DNA of 64,000 nt from an uncultured Clostridia bacterium. Its GTDB lineage: Bacteria > Bacillota > Clostridia > Christensenellales > Aristaeellaceae. The stretch is from positions 10,640-74,639 of the forward strand of contig CAMOYA010000002.1 of assembly GCA_946629635.1 (NCBI GenBank), read 5' to 3'. Under the pieces are notes generated by a model. That model saw only the letters and a program-made list of their open reading frames with translations, did not search any database and was not told the origin of the DNA. A program made the position numbers and the translations under genes. Shown piece after piece: positions 1 to 9,868 of this stretch (positions are counted from its first letter, which is position 1; each line of letters opens with the position of its first letter).

Positions 1-634
1 GCCCGTCGGGCTTGTCATGAATCACAAACGTCTTGGCGCCCAGCGCATTGAACACCGCAGGACCGATCATCCAGCTGGAACCGTTTGAGCAATCCAGCGC
101 AACGCGGTGATCGTCAAACGGCCGGGTGGCCAGATTGGTCAGATAACCGATATAGCGGTTCCGCCCGGTATAGAAGTCCACCGTGCAGCCGATTTTGTCC
201 TCGGAAGCGAACGGCAGCTCCTCCATCTCCCCGTCAATATACTTTTCGACCTGATCCTGCAGGTCGTCGTCCATCTTCTCCCCTTTGCTGTTCATCAGCT
301 TGATTCCGTTGTCATAATAGGGATTGTGGCTGGCGGAAATCATGACACCGCAGTCAAACCCTTCCGTGCGGGTAATGTAGCTGACGCAGGGCGTGGTGGT
401 CACATGAAGCAGATAGGCATCTGCCCCGGAAGAGGTCAGGCCGGCGGCCAGCGCGGATTCATACATGTAGGATGAACGCCGCGTATCCTTTCCGATGACG
501 ACCTTCGCTTTGTCATCCAGATGCTTTTTGCTGAAATACCAGCCCAGAAAGCGGCCGGTTTTGAAAGCATGCTCCGCGGTCAGAACCACGCCGGCCTTGC
601 CGCGAAAACCATCCGTTCCGAAATACTTACCCAT
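1..634 (-). CDS. glmM: Phosphoglucosamine mutase (5' part; runs off the window edge)
   Basis: Not in the ORF track because no stop lies in the window. Read manually from ATG at 634: MGKYFGTDGFRGKA...GKDTRRSSYM...IMISASHNP (phosphoserine motif). RBS GGAGGAG upstream. Confidence 0.93.
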   Translation of the reverse strand, partial: MGKYFGTDGFRGKAGVVLTAEHAFKTGRFLGWYFSKKHLDDKAKVVIGKDTRRSSYMYESALAAGLTSSGADAYLLHVTTTPCVSYITRTEGFDCGVMISASHNPYYDNGIKLMNSKGEKMDDDLQDQVEKYIDGEMEELPFASEDKIGCTVDFYTGRNRYIGYLTNLATRPFDDHRVALDCSNGSSWMIGPAVFNALGAKTFVIHDKPDG

Positions 635-704
635 AATCTCCTCCACCAAGTATTGATTGGGTTGAATGGCGCGGAAAAAAGACGCGCCGTTCAAAAACAG
701 ATGT

Positions 705-733
705 ATTATAACGTCTTATTCGAGAGGTGTCAA
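705..733 (-). promoter_or_regulatory. sigmaA promoter of glmM
   Basis: Minus strand reads TTGACA-17 nt-TATAAT, a perfect consensus, about 70 nt upstream of the glmM ATG. Confidence 0.85.
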
Positions 734-754
734 TAACCATTTTTCCGGTTTTGA

Positions 755-1798
755 TTATTCTGTTTTCATCCGCCTGGATTCGCGCCGGAGGATGATTCTT
801 TCAACCAGAACATTCCCGACTCCAACAATCAGGAACAGATAAAACGTGAAGAACCGCCATACGAGCAGGGCCAGACCGATCGTTCCGTCCGTAAAGATGC
901 CGTTGAAATAGAGCAGAAAGCCACCCTCCTGTGCACCGCTGGCACCGGGCAGCGGCGTATAGCTGGCGCTGACATACAGAAGTGTGCTCAGGGCCAGCAG
1001 CTGGGACCAGGTGGCAGTGCCTTTCATGCCAAATGCATAGTAAACGAAGATGATGGTGGCCGTCAGTCCCAGAAGGCTGATGATGCTGCAGGCGAACTGA
1101 AGCAGAATCTGACCGGGACGGCGCATCAGTTCCCGCATCGCGTCATAGTATGTATTCAGGATTTCCGTGACCTTCGTAATGGCGTTTTCCCTGTTTTTGA
1201 TCAGACGGATCCGGCTGAGAAGCCCGATCAGCCATTTGGAGATACCCAGCAGCCAGTTCCGCTTGAAGGCGGCCAGGATCACGAGCGGAACCGCAGAAAA
1301 ATTGATCAGCCAGCCGATCCGGACCAGCCACATGGCGCCGCTCAGCTGCCGATAGAGAAAATCACGGTTGAGAAAGAAGAGAATCAGGGCCATGGCGGAG
1401 ATGACAAACTGATTGGTGAAGAAGCGGATCGTCACCGCCATGGTGCCATAGGCCACGGGAATGCCTGCCTTGCGCATGGAATTGACCTGCATCGGCTGGC
1501 CGCCGGCGGCGCTCGGCGTGATATTGCTGTAATAGAAACCGGTGAGCGCCACGTTGACCGCGCGGCCGATGCTGATCCGGAATCCTTCCCGGCGGAGATA
1601 GCACCAGTAATTCATCCCGTCAAAGAAGACCAGAACCAGCCAGCACAGGAAGATGCCGCTCAGCCAGAGAAGGTTCATATGGGAGATCGCATCCCAGGCA
1701 TTGGTCAGTTCCGCATTGCTGAATGCAATAAAAAAGACAGCCGTAACGGAGATGACAATAAACAGAAAACTCAGGAACTTTTTGAGTTTAGGGTTCAT
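755..1798 (-). CDS. Lysylphosphatidylglycerol synthase TM-region / flippase-like membrane protein (UPF0104 type), paralog 1
   Basis: Multi-TM protein with family motifs YYSNITPSAAGGQP, PLPGASGAQEGGF and LLVWRFFT. Start set at MNPKLKK (RBS GGGAGG). Confidence 0.85.
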   Translation of the reverse strand: MNPKLKKFLSFLFIVISVTAVFFIAFSNAELTNAWDAISHMNLLWLSGIFLCWLVLVFFDGMNYWCYLRREGFRISIGRAVNVALTGFYYSNITPSAAGGQPMQVNSMRKAGIPVAYGTMAVTIRFFTNQFVISAMALILFFLNRDFLYRQLSGAMWLVRIGWLINFSAVPLVILAAFKRNWLLGISKWLIGLLSRIRLIKNRENAITKVTEILNTYYDAMRELMRRPGQILLQFACSIISLLGLTATIIFVYYAFGMKGTATWSQLLALSTLLYVSASYTPLPGASGAQEGGFLLYFNGIFTDGTIGLALLVWRFFTFYLFLIVGVGNVLVERIILRRESRRMKTE

Positions 1799-1871
1799 TT
1801 CGTCCCTCCCGGTCACAGGCTGAAAACGGACAGCCATCAGAATATATTTTGCTCAAAGCTGAGCATCTTTG

Positions 1872-2933
1872 TTATTTTACATGATTTTGATCTGCTTGTC
1901 CAGCCGATGCTTTTTCCTTTCTTCGCAGGAGCACCTTTTCGTTCAGAACCGTGAAGGCACCGACAATCAGGAAAATGTAGTAAGTGAAAAAGCGCCATAC
2001 GAGCAGTCCGAGGCCGATGGTTCCATCCGTAAAGATTCCGTTAAAGTACAGCAGGAAGCCGCCCTCCTGGGCGCCGCTGGCACCGGGAAGCGGCGTATAG
2101 CTCGCGCTGACGAACAGAAGGAGGCTCAGGGTCCAGATCCGGTACCACGGCACGCCGTGAAGTCCGAAGGCATAATAGGTAAAAACGACGGTCGCCGTCA
2201 GGCCGATCAGGCTCACCGCGCTGAAAAAAAGCTGCAGAAGAATCTGCCCCGGCGCCCGCAGGAGTTCGGACAGCGCCGTCTGATAGGTATCCAGGGTTTC
2301 TGAAACGCTGTGAAGTACATGCTCGGGGTCATGAATCAGCCTGATTCTGTGAGAAAACGCGATAATCTTCTCCGCCAGCTTCTGAATCAGTTTCCGCTGG
2401 AAGGCGGCCAGCAGCACCAGCGGGACCGCGGCAAAATTAATCAGCCATCCGATCCGCACCGCCCAGATCGCCCCGCCCAGCTGACTGAATACAAACTCCC
2501 GGTTAAACGCAAGCATGCCAAGGGCCATCAGGCATATGACGAGCTGGTTGCAGACGAAACGGATGGTAATCGCCGTCGTCCCGTACGCCACCGGAATTCC
2601 GGCCTTCCGGAGGGAATTGACCTGCATCGGCTGTCCCCCCGCCGCACTGGGCGTAATATTGCTGTAATAGAAACCGATCAGCACGGTTCCCGTGACCCGA
2701 AGAATGCTGAGCGGATATCTCTGGGAACGCAGATAGCTCCAGGTGCCCACCGCTTCAAAGAACGTGTACAGAAGCCAGCACAGAAAGATACAGACGAGCC
2801 ATCCGATGTTCATCCGTCGGATCGCATCCCATGCATCCCCCAGTTCCCGGTTGCTGAACGCCAGGATGACAACCACGGAAAGGGACAGGATGATGACCAC
2901 CAGGCTCAGGATTTTTTTGAATTTCGGATTCAT
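1872..2933 (-). CDS. Lysylphosphatidylglycerol synthase TM-region / flippase-like membrane protein, paralog 2
   Basis: Same motifs as the neighbouring paralog. Start set at MNPKFKK (RBS GGAG). Confidence 0.85.
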   Translation of the reverse strand: MNPKFKKILSLVVIILSLSVVVILAFSNRELGDAWDAIRRMNIGWLVCIFLCWLLYTFFEAVGTWSYLRSQRYPLSILRVTGTVLIGFYYSNITPSAAGGQPMQVNSLRKAGIPVAYGTTAITIRFVCNQLVICLMALGMLAFNREFVFSQLGGAIWAVRIGWLINFAAVPLVLLAAFQRKLIQKLAEKIIAFSHRIRLIHDPEHVLHSVSETLDTYQTALSELLRAPGQILLQLFFSAVSLIGLTATVVFTYYAFGLHGVPWYRIWTLSLLLFVSASYTPLPGASGAQEGGFLLYFNGIFTDGTIGLGLLVWRFFTYYIFLIVGAFTVLNEKVLLRRKEKASAGQADQNHVK

Positions 2934-2962
2934 GACTGCTCCATCGTTCATGATCATTGGCG

Positions 2963-3853
2963 TTACTTGTTGAGACCTACGCGAAACAGATACAGCCAGA
3001 GCTTACGCCGATACTGTCCGAACCGGTTCCGGGCGACGTACATGCCTTTGAGATGGCTGTAAAGGCGCCTCTTGGTCTGAATATTCCGCCAGGGGTGAAC
3101 CACGCAGTCGAAGGCCTGATTCACGGTCAGGCTTCCTCTGCTGCGCCGGTAATCGTAAAGATAGTCCTTCAGAAAAGCGATCTTTCCGGCCGATCTGAGA
3201 TAATCCATCGTGAAGGCAAAATCCTCCCCGTATGTCAGTCCGCTCTCGAAGGAAATGCCATGATGCTCAATCAGTGCACGCCGAAAGATCTTGTTCCACA
3301 GGACACCATAGAAAAATGTGTTGGAGTTCCGGCAGATCAACGGAAGCACCTGATCGCACGCCAGCGTATCATCCCGGTGCTCAAGATTGAAATCATGTCC
3401 CACGGAACGGATATATTCAGTATATCCGCCGATGACCAGATCCGCGCCGTCCGCCTCCGCTCTGCGCACCAGCAGTTCGGTCGATTCCGCAGGCAGCGTA
3501 TCATCCGCATCCACGAACCGGATATACTTGCCCCGGCACTTTTTCATTCCGTGATTGCGGGCCTGGGATACTCCGGAATTGGACTGCGAGATGACCGTAA
3601 CGCGGGAATCCTGCTGCTCAAAGGTCCTGGCGATGGAAAGAGAATCGTCCGTACTGCCGTCATCCACCAGAATGATGTCCAGTTCATGCCATGTCTGATT
3701 CAGGATGGTTTCCATCAGTCTGTTCAGCGTTTTCTGCGCATTGTAAATGGGAACGACAATGCTGACCAACGGCTGGGATTCCAATGCACACACTCCTCTG
3801 CTGCAATCATATCCGGTGCGTTCCGGACTGTGGATAGCGGATCTGTCCGTCAT
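2963..3853 (-). CDS. Glycosyltransferase family 2
   Basis: VSIVVPIYN, VDDGSTD, ARNHG, FVDADD (DxD) and GED motifs. The true start may be TTG at 3784 (RBS AGAGGAG). Confidence 0.9.
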   Translation of the reverse strand: MTDRSAIHSPERTGYDCSRGVCALESQPLVSIVVPIYNAQKTLNRLMETILNQTWHELDIILVDDGSTDDSLSIARTFEQQDSRVTVISQSNSGVSQARNHGMKKCRGKYIRFVDADDTLPAESTELLVRRAEADGADLVIGGYTEYIRSVGHDFNLEHRDDTLACDQVLPLICRNSNTFFYGVLWNKIFRRALIEHHGISFESGLTYGEDFAFTMDYLRSAGKIAFLKDYLYDYRRSRGSLTVNQAFDCVVHPWRNIQTKRRLYSHLKGMYVARNRFGQYRRKLWLYLFRVGLNK

Positions 3854-6800
3854 TTTTCCGGAAAGATAAAGCGGAAAGATTCAAAGTCAAACTGGGATCC
3901 GGGCAGGAAAACGAAGGAAACGGTGCATATGTCCCCCGGAATCCGGACGCGGAACCGCTGTGTATCCCCGCCTGCTGCGGAGAAATTGGCCGCCTCGGTG
4001 ACCGTTTCCCCGTCGCGGGCGGTCATCCGGACGGAAATCGTGTTGACGTTCAGCGGCGTACTTCCGGTGATGGCAAGGTCCGCTTCGCGGAAGGCGCCGA
4101 AATCCATATCACGGAAAATGAGCGTCACGTTGTTGCCGATGCCGCGGACGGCATCCCCGTCCTTCCGGAAGGAATCCCCGTAGATTTCATCCGCCTCCGT
4201 GGCATGCATAACCCGGTTCACCCGGTTCTGCCTTTCAAACCGGAATCCCTTCAGATGCACCTTGTGCCGCATCCGGAAGCAGATCGTATGCTCCCCGGTC
4301 AGTCGGACGGGCAGGTGATATACTTCCTCCTGATATACGTTCCAGATGCTCGGCTTTTCATAATGCAGCAGTTCAATCAGCTTCCCGTCCCTGCGCGGAT
4401 CACCGTCAAACATCTCGATCTCATAAGGGTCTCCGTTCAGCGCAAAAACCGGAAGGAACAGCGTATCGGATCCGTCCTTTCCGAAGTCCACGCGGGAGAA
4501 TCCCACCATGCTCTCCCCGACGCGGTCAAAGGCAATTCCCTTTTCGTTTCCGGTACCGATATTGCCCTCATGCAGATCATACAGTCCGGCGGACACAAAT
4601 TCGTATGGATTGAGTGCCGGCTGTCCGATGCCTTCAGCCCACAGCTCGATCTGGCTGATCACATCCGCATGGGCTTCATGCTCCCCGGTCTCTGCGCGCA
4701 GATAGAACGTGCCGTCCCCGCTGGCGCGGACGGTGAGTTCCCTGCCGTTTTCTTCCACCGTTGCGTAGGGAACGGGAATACCGGCCGCATTGGTCACGAG
4801 AAAACGAATCGCCTGGGACGCGGCATTTTCCGGATACGTTCTGATCCGGAAGGTGCAGGACGAGTGTTCCGGAGTCAGATGTCGGTCGCCGGCCGGAATG
4901 ATTTCGATTTTGCGGATCGGTTCAGGCCGGCTGCATGCATCGGTTTCAATCCTCAGGATTCTGGAAGTACCTTTTTTTCTTTCAGCGGGCAGAACTTTCA
5001 GCGTGAGAAATGCATCAGGAATATCATTTCCGGAAACGCAGATCCGGATATCTTCCTGCTCGCCGGTGGAGCCGATCATCAGCAGAAGCTTTCCGCCGAA
5101 CAGCCGGCGGGAAGCACTTTTATATCCGTCCGTGTCCGTCGAGTCCCCATTGTCCGTCCCCAGAAGGCAACCGCCCCCCTTTACTGAAACCCGGACGCGG
5201 CTGCGGGCATTATGAACAGGGTTCCCGTGACGATCCGCTGCCTGAACGGTGACAAATGTCATGTCCGCGCCATCCGCGGGAAGTGATTCGTCCTCGCTGG
5301 CCAGAACGAAATGATCGGGATCCTCCGGCGTAACCTGACGGTCCTCCAGCACCATGTTTCCGTCCGCATCATAGCCTCTGGCAATCAGTTCACCGCTCAC
5401 AAAAGGCACTTTCCAGACCGGCATGCACTTTTCCGGATCATTGCGGTCCGCATCCAGGATGCCCAGGGAGCTTCCGTTCAGCATCAGCTCCACCCGGGGC
5501 AGATTGGTCATGACAGGAACATCGATCAGCTGTCCGGGATTCCAGTCCCAGCTGACACCGATGTGCAGAACGGGAAGATCCTGCCAGAGGGATCGGAAAA
5601 GATAGAAGGAATCCTTGGGGAAGCATGCGGTATCCGTCTGGCCGAAGTAGCAGGAGCGCGTATGATACGGTGTCGGTTCGCCGATATAGTCGATACCGCT
5701 CCAGATAAACTGGCCCAGACTGAAGCCGCATTTCAGATCATCCACGATGATTTTGCGCAGATCGGACGCGCCCCAGCTGGTATTGCTGTTGCCGAGCGCT
5801 GAGCACTGCCAGTCGGATTCGCTCATCACGCTCTGTCCGATCGGAAAGTGATAGATGCCGCGGCTGGACAGAACGCTGGCCGTCTCGCTTCCGTAAATCA
5901 CCCATTCCGGATGATCCCGGTGGTGCGATTCATAAAGGTTTTCACCGTAATTGTAGCCGGGAACCTTCACGACCTCGGCGCAGCGCTGACCGCCCTCCCA
6001 GGGCATATAGTTGCAGCCGAAGGTGACGACCGCATGGCCGGCCGGATCATGCCGGCGTACCTGCTCCATCAGCAGCGTACATACCTCCGTACCGCGCAGA
6101 TCCGCGTGCATATCATATATTTCATTGCCGATGGACCACATGATCACGCTGGCATGGCAGCGGTCCCGACGGACCCAGGAAGCAACATCCCGCTCCTCCC
6201 ATTCATGAAAGAAGCGCGCATAGTCATAGGTTGTTTTGGGGCGCTCCCACATGTCAAAGGCTTCATCGATCACGAGAATACCCATCTCATCGCACAGATC
6301 CAGCATCCGCTCAGCCGGCGGATTATGACTGGTGCGCAGCGCATTGACGCCCATCTCCTTCATCACGCGAAGCTGACGGGCCGCCGCTTTTTCATGGAAA
6401 GCCGCGCCCAGCGCCCCCAGATCATGATGCAGGCATACGCCTTTCAGCTTCACATGGCAGCCGTTAATAAACAGACCCTCGTTCGGATCGAACCGGAGCA
6501 TCCGAAGGCCGATGCGGAATGAACCGGATTCTGTTCCATACTGATACAGAAGCGTATACAGCACCGGATGATCCGGTGACCAGGCTTCCGCCTGCGGGAT
6601 TGTCAGCGCGGCCGAGACTGTTCCATCCTGGCTGTAAGCATGGGCACGGGCAACAACGTTGCCATGGGAATCAACCGCCTCGACAGAGAATGGAACGTGG
6701 TCTGTTCCTTTGGTTTCCGCGTCGATGACAACCGACCAGGCATCCGCCTGAGGCTCTTCCCGGACGGCAAAGCTGTCGGGAATGAGATGATCGGCCGGCA

Positions 6801-7230
6801 GCGTAACCAGATGAACGTCCCGGAATATGCCGGATCCCGAATACCAACGGGAATTCGGACTCCGGTGACGGATATGGACCAGGACTTCATTGCTTCCCGC
6901 ATGCAGCTTTCCGCTCAGATCCGCGTCAAAAGCCGTATATCCGTAGGGGTGGCTGCAGATCAGTTCACCGTTCAGCAGCACATCGCAGTCCATATATACG
7001 CCGTCAAAGCGGATCATGCATACTTCCGGCATGCATCCGTTTCCGAAGGCCACTTCCCGCCGATACCAGGCGTCCGCGGATTCATACAGATCATCCGCCT
7101 GCCAGATCAGCCAGTCATGCGGAAGATCCACATCCTGCCAACCGTCCGCCGCCATCGCATCCGCCAGGGTGCTTCCGCAGGCCAGCTTCAGAAACCGCCA
7201 TCCGTTATTCATCAGTGTTTTCATGTTCAT
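3850..7230 (-). CDS. Glycoside hydrolase family 2 (beta-galactosidase-like) with C-terminal CBM-like domains
   Basis: DLPHDW, FDGVY, SRWYSGSGIFR, LKGVCLHHD, RTSHNP, WSIGNE (acid/base), YGSET (nucleophile) and WSGIDYIGEP. No signal peptide visible. Confidence 0.92.
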   Translation of the reverse strand: MNMKTLMNNGWRFLKLACGSTLADAMAADGWQDVDLPHDWLIWQADDLYESADAWYRREVAFGNGCMPEVCMIRFDGVYMDCDVLLNGELICSHPYGYTAFDADLSGKLHAGSNEVLVHIRHRSPNSRWYSGSGIFRDVHLVTLPADHLIPDSFAVREEPQADAWSVVIDAETKGTDHVPFSVEAVDSHGNVVARAHAYSQDGTVSAALTIPQAEAWSPDHPVLYTLLYQYGTESGSFRIGLRMLRFDPNEGLFINGCHVKLKGVCLHHDLGALGAAFHEKAAARQLRVMKEMGVNALRTSHNPPAERMLDLCDEMGILVIDEAFDMWERPKTTYDYARFFHEWEERDVASWVRRDRCHASVIMWSIGNEIYDMHADLRGTEVCTLLMEQVRRHDPAGHAVVTFGCNYMPWEGGQRCAEVVKVPGYNYGENLYESHHRDHPEWVIYGSETASVLSSRGIYHFPIGQSVMSESDWQCSALGNSNTSWGASDLRKIIVDDLKCGFSLGQFIWSGIDYIGEPTPYHTRSCYFGQTDTACFPKDSFYLFRSLWQDLPVLHIGVSWDWNPGQLIDVPVMTNLPRVELMLNGSSLGILDADRNDPEKCMPVWKVPFVSGELIARGYDADGNMVLEDRQVTPEDPDHFVLASEDESLPADGADMTFVTVQAADRHGNPVHNARSRVRVSVKGGGCLLGTDNGDSTDTDGYKSASRRLFGGKLLLMIGSTGEQEDIRICVSGNDIPDAFLTLKVLPAERKKGTSRILRIETDACSRPEPIRKIEIIPAGDRHLTPEHSSCTFRIRTYPENAASQAIRFLVTNAAGIPVPYATVEENGRELTVRASGDGTFYLRAETGEHEAHADVISQIELWAEGIGQPALNPYEFVSAGLYDLHEGNIGTGNEKGIAFDRVGESMVGFSRVDFGKDGSDTLFLPVFALNGDPYEIEMFDGDPRRDGKLIELLHYEKPSIWNVYQEEVYHLPVRLTGEHTICFRMRHKVHLKGFRFERQNRVNRVMHATEADEIYGDSFRKDGDAVRGIGNNVTLIFRDMDFGAFREADLAITGSTPLNVNTISVRMTARDGETVTEAANFSAAGGDTQRFRVRIPGDICTVSFVFLPGSQFDFESFRFIFPEK

Positions 7231-7245
7231 TTTCGCCTCGCCTGC

Positions 7246-8250
7246 TCATGATTCTTTTTTCAGTCTTCTTCCCATCAGATCCCGGACGATTTCCGCCGGG
7301 TCGGCATGCTCCTCCACCACCTGGCGCACGGATTCGATGATCGGCATCTCCATGCCGTATTTCCGGCAGAGCGCAACGGCCGCGGGCAGCGCATTCATGC
7401 CTTCGACCACCATGCCGATCTCTCTCACAGCCTCTTCCACCGTTTTTCCCCCGCCGATCAGCATGCCGCAGCGATTGTTCCGGGAATGGCGGCTGGTCGC
7501 CGTAACGATCAGATCGCCGATACCGGCCAGGCCGAAAAAGGTTCGCTCCTGACATCCCATCTCCAGCCCGAGGCGGCGGATCTCTTCCATCCCGCGGGTG
7601 ATCAGTGCCGCGCGCGTATTGTCGCCATACCCCAGCCCGGTGGCGATCCCGACCGCGAGCGCTTCCACGTTTTTCAGCGCGCCGCAGATCTGAACACCCC
7701 GAAGGTCATCATTCGTATAGGGACGGATACACGTTCCCTCGAACAGATTCTGAACGCTGGTCGCATCATCTCTATGCCCTGCGGCAACGATCAGCGTCGG
7801 CTGATTTCGGGCAACTTCCTCCGCGTGGGTCGGACCGCTGATGGCCGTCAGATGCGGATGAAGGATTCCGGCGCCGGCCAGCTCGCTTTCCATCACTTCG
7901 GTCAGCGTCATCAGCGTATTGCCTTCGATTCCCTTTGCGGCATTGACCCATATGGGATTTCCCTGGATCAGCGGAGCAAAAAGGCGGACGGTTTCGCGCA
8001 TATGGACGGACGGAACCGCCGCCAGAATAAACCGGGCATTCTCCACGGCCGCCATCGGGTCGGAAGTGAATTCAACCTGCGAAGGAATCCGGACCCCCGG
8101 AAGATTCCTGGCCGTTCTGCTTTCGCGGATGGCCGTGGCCTCCTCCGGGAATTTGCTCCATACAACAATCTCGTGGCCACGCGGTGAAAGCGCGCAGGAA
8201 AGCGCAATCGCCCAGGTCCCGGCTCCCAGAACGGCAATCTTCATACGCAT
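7246..8250 (-). CDS. gpsA: NAD(P)H-dependent glycerol-3-phosphate dehydrogenase
   Basis: GAGTWA Rossmann motif, SGPTHAEEV, GALKNV and GIGDLIVTATSRHSRN. Confidence 0.95.
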   Translation of the reverse strand: MRMKIAVLGAGTWAIALSCALSPRGHEIVVWSKFPEEATAIRESRTARNLPGVRIPSQVEFTSDPMAAVENARFILAAVPSVHMRETVRLFAPLIQGNPIWVNAAKGIEGNTLMTLTEVMESELAGAGILHPHLTAISGPTHAEEVARNQPTLIVAAGHRDDATSVQNLFEGTCIRPYTNDDLRGVQICGALKNVEALAVGIATGLGYGDNTRAALITRGMEEIRRLGLEMGCQERTFFGLAGIGDLIVTATSRHSRNNRCGMLIGGGKTVEEAVREIGMVVEGMNALPAAVALCRKYGMEMPIIESVRQVVEEHADPAEIVRDLMGRRLKKES

Positions 8251-8711
8251 TCTTCTCCCTCATCCTCTTCCGCCGCATATTCCAGATGCAGCTCGTTGGT
8301 GGAGGCATAGTTACCCTGGAAATCAACCTGGTACTTGAGATGAACCGCCCCGCGGTTTTGACCGATATCGCAGTGAACCTCCCGGGAAAAGATCCCCATG
8401 TTCATTTCACCCCACGGCGTTCTGTATTTGCCCTCAAACCGCTGATCCGGCATAAAAACCATGATGTTTGAAAAGTCGCCGCTGCGCGTCATCGTCACCT
8501 GATCCTTCAGGAGATCGAGACGGATATCGGCCTGAATGGATTCGCCGCTGTCTTCGTCCGGGATGGATTCCCGGTAACGGATCACCGCTTTGCCTTCCGA
8601 TTCCAGGGAAAGCATTCCGCGGGTCAGAAATTGAATGGGATAGTCCGGCGATTGGTCGTTGCGGATGATCGTCAGCAGATTGATCATAATCGGCTTTTCC
8701 GTCGGATTCAT
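8241..8711 (-). CDS. DUF1934 family small beta-barrel protein
   Basis: 156 aa with family-like VTMTRSG...YRTPWGEM...LKY pattern. Overlaps the gpsA start. Confidence 0.7.
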   Translation of the reverse strand: MNPTEKPIMINLLTIIRNDQSPDYPIQFLTRGMLSLESEGKAVIRYRESIPDEDSGESIQADIRLDLLKDQVTMTRSGDFSNIMVFMPDQRFEGKYRTPWGEMNMGIFSREVHCDIGQNRGAVHLKYQVDFQGNYASTNELHLEYAAEEDEGEECV

Positions 8712-8857
8712 GCCAGTGTCTCCTTCAGTCGCACAATAATAATGTGTACCGCAACAGTTTACAACGGTTATCCGCGCTTTGCAAGCTGTCGCCGCTTATA
8801 TTGCCTTTTCCCCCGTTCCGGGGTATGATGAACAAAAGCGCATTGTGGAGGGTTCAG

Positions 8858-9727
8858 ATGCTTCTGGAAGCTTTTGCGAAGATTAACTGGTCCCTGGATA
8901 TCACCGGCATTCGGGAGGACGGGTATCATCTGATGGATATGGTCATGCAGCCCGTTTCCATTGCGGATGAAATCACGCTGGAGCCTTCCGCGACCATGGA
9001 GATCACGACAGGCGGTTTCCCGCATTCCCGCGCGGATGAATCCAATCTGGCCATGGCCGCCGCCCGCACGCTGCGGGACCATGCCGGATATCCCCATGGC
9101 GTGCGGATCCATCTGCACAAGCGGATCCCGATGGGGGCAGGGATGGGCGGAGGCAGCGCGGACGCCGCTGCCGTCCTTTTCGGGCTGAACCGGCTTTGGA
9201 ATCTGAACCTTTCTGCAGGAGAGCTGGAGGCAATCGGGCTTCAGATCGGAGCGGACGTTCCCTTCTGCCTGCGCGGAGGTCTGACGCGGACCCGCGGAAT
9301 CGGCGAAATGCTGGAGGATCACGCGTGCCGGACCAACTACTGGCTGCTGATCATCCAGCCCTGCCGTGGGCTGAGCACGCGGGAGATCTTTCAGGGATAT
9401 CATGAAGCTGAATCGATCCGACACCCGGAAACGGAAAACGTCCTCCGGGCGCTGGAAAGCGGCGATCTGTCGCTTCTCTCCGCTGCGGCCTGCAACGTGC
9501 TGGAAACTGTATCCGCTGTTCGCCGGCCTGAGATTGCGGCCGCTGTCCGGGATCTTGTAGCCTGCGGATCGCTCTTCGCCGCGATGACCGGAAGCGGCAG
9601 CGCGGTCTTCGGCGTGTTCCGCTCGCGGAATGCCGCCGTCACCGCCATGGAGTTTCTGGCCCGCCGGTACAGATCGGTGCTTTTGTGCCATACACAGACC
9701 GACAGCATCCGGATCATGGATGATTAA
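8858..9727 (+). CDS. ispE: 4-diphosphocytidyl-2-C-methyl-D-erythritol kinase
   Basis: AKINWSL, KRIPMGAGMGGGSADAA (GHMP motif), GADVPF and MTGSGS. Start at MLLEAF after GGAGG. Confidence 0.95.
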   Translation: MLLEAFAKINWSLDITGIREDGYHLMDMVMQPVSIADEITLEPSATMEITTGGFPHSRADESNLAMAAARTLRDHAGYPHGVRIHLHKRIPMGAGMGGGSADAAAVLFGLNRLWNLNLSAGELEAIGLQIGADVPFCLRGGLTRTRGIGEMLEDHACRTNYWLLIIQPCRGLSTREIFQGYHEAESIRHPETENVLRALESGDLSLLSAAACNVLETVSAVRRPEIAAAVRDLVACGSLFAAMTGSGSAVFGVFRSRNAAVTAMEFLARRYRSVLLCHTQTDSIRIMDD

Positions 9728-9868
9728 GGACCACCGCCGGATGCTTCCCCGGAGCTGAAAGTACGTACTTCCTGTGAAAAATATGTGAATTCGTATGGAT
9801 CATTCTTCCTTTCTTTCGCTATTCATGGTATAATTATTCGGTTAGTAACGAACTGAGGTGACAGAGCT

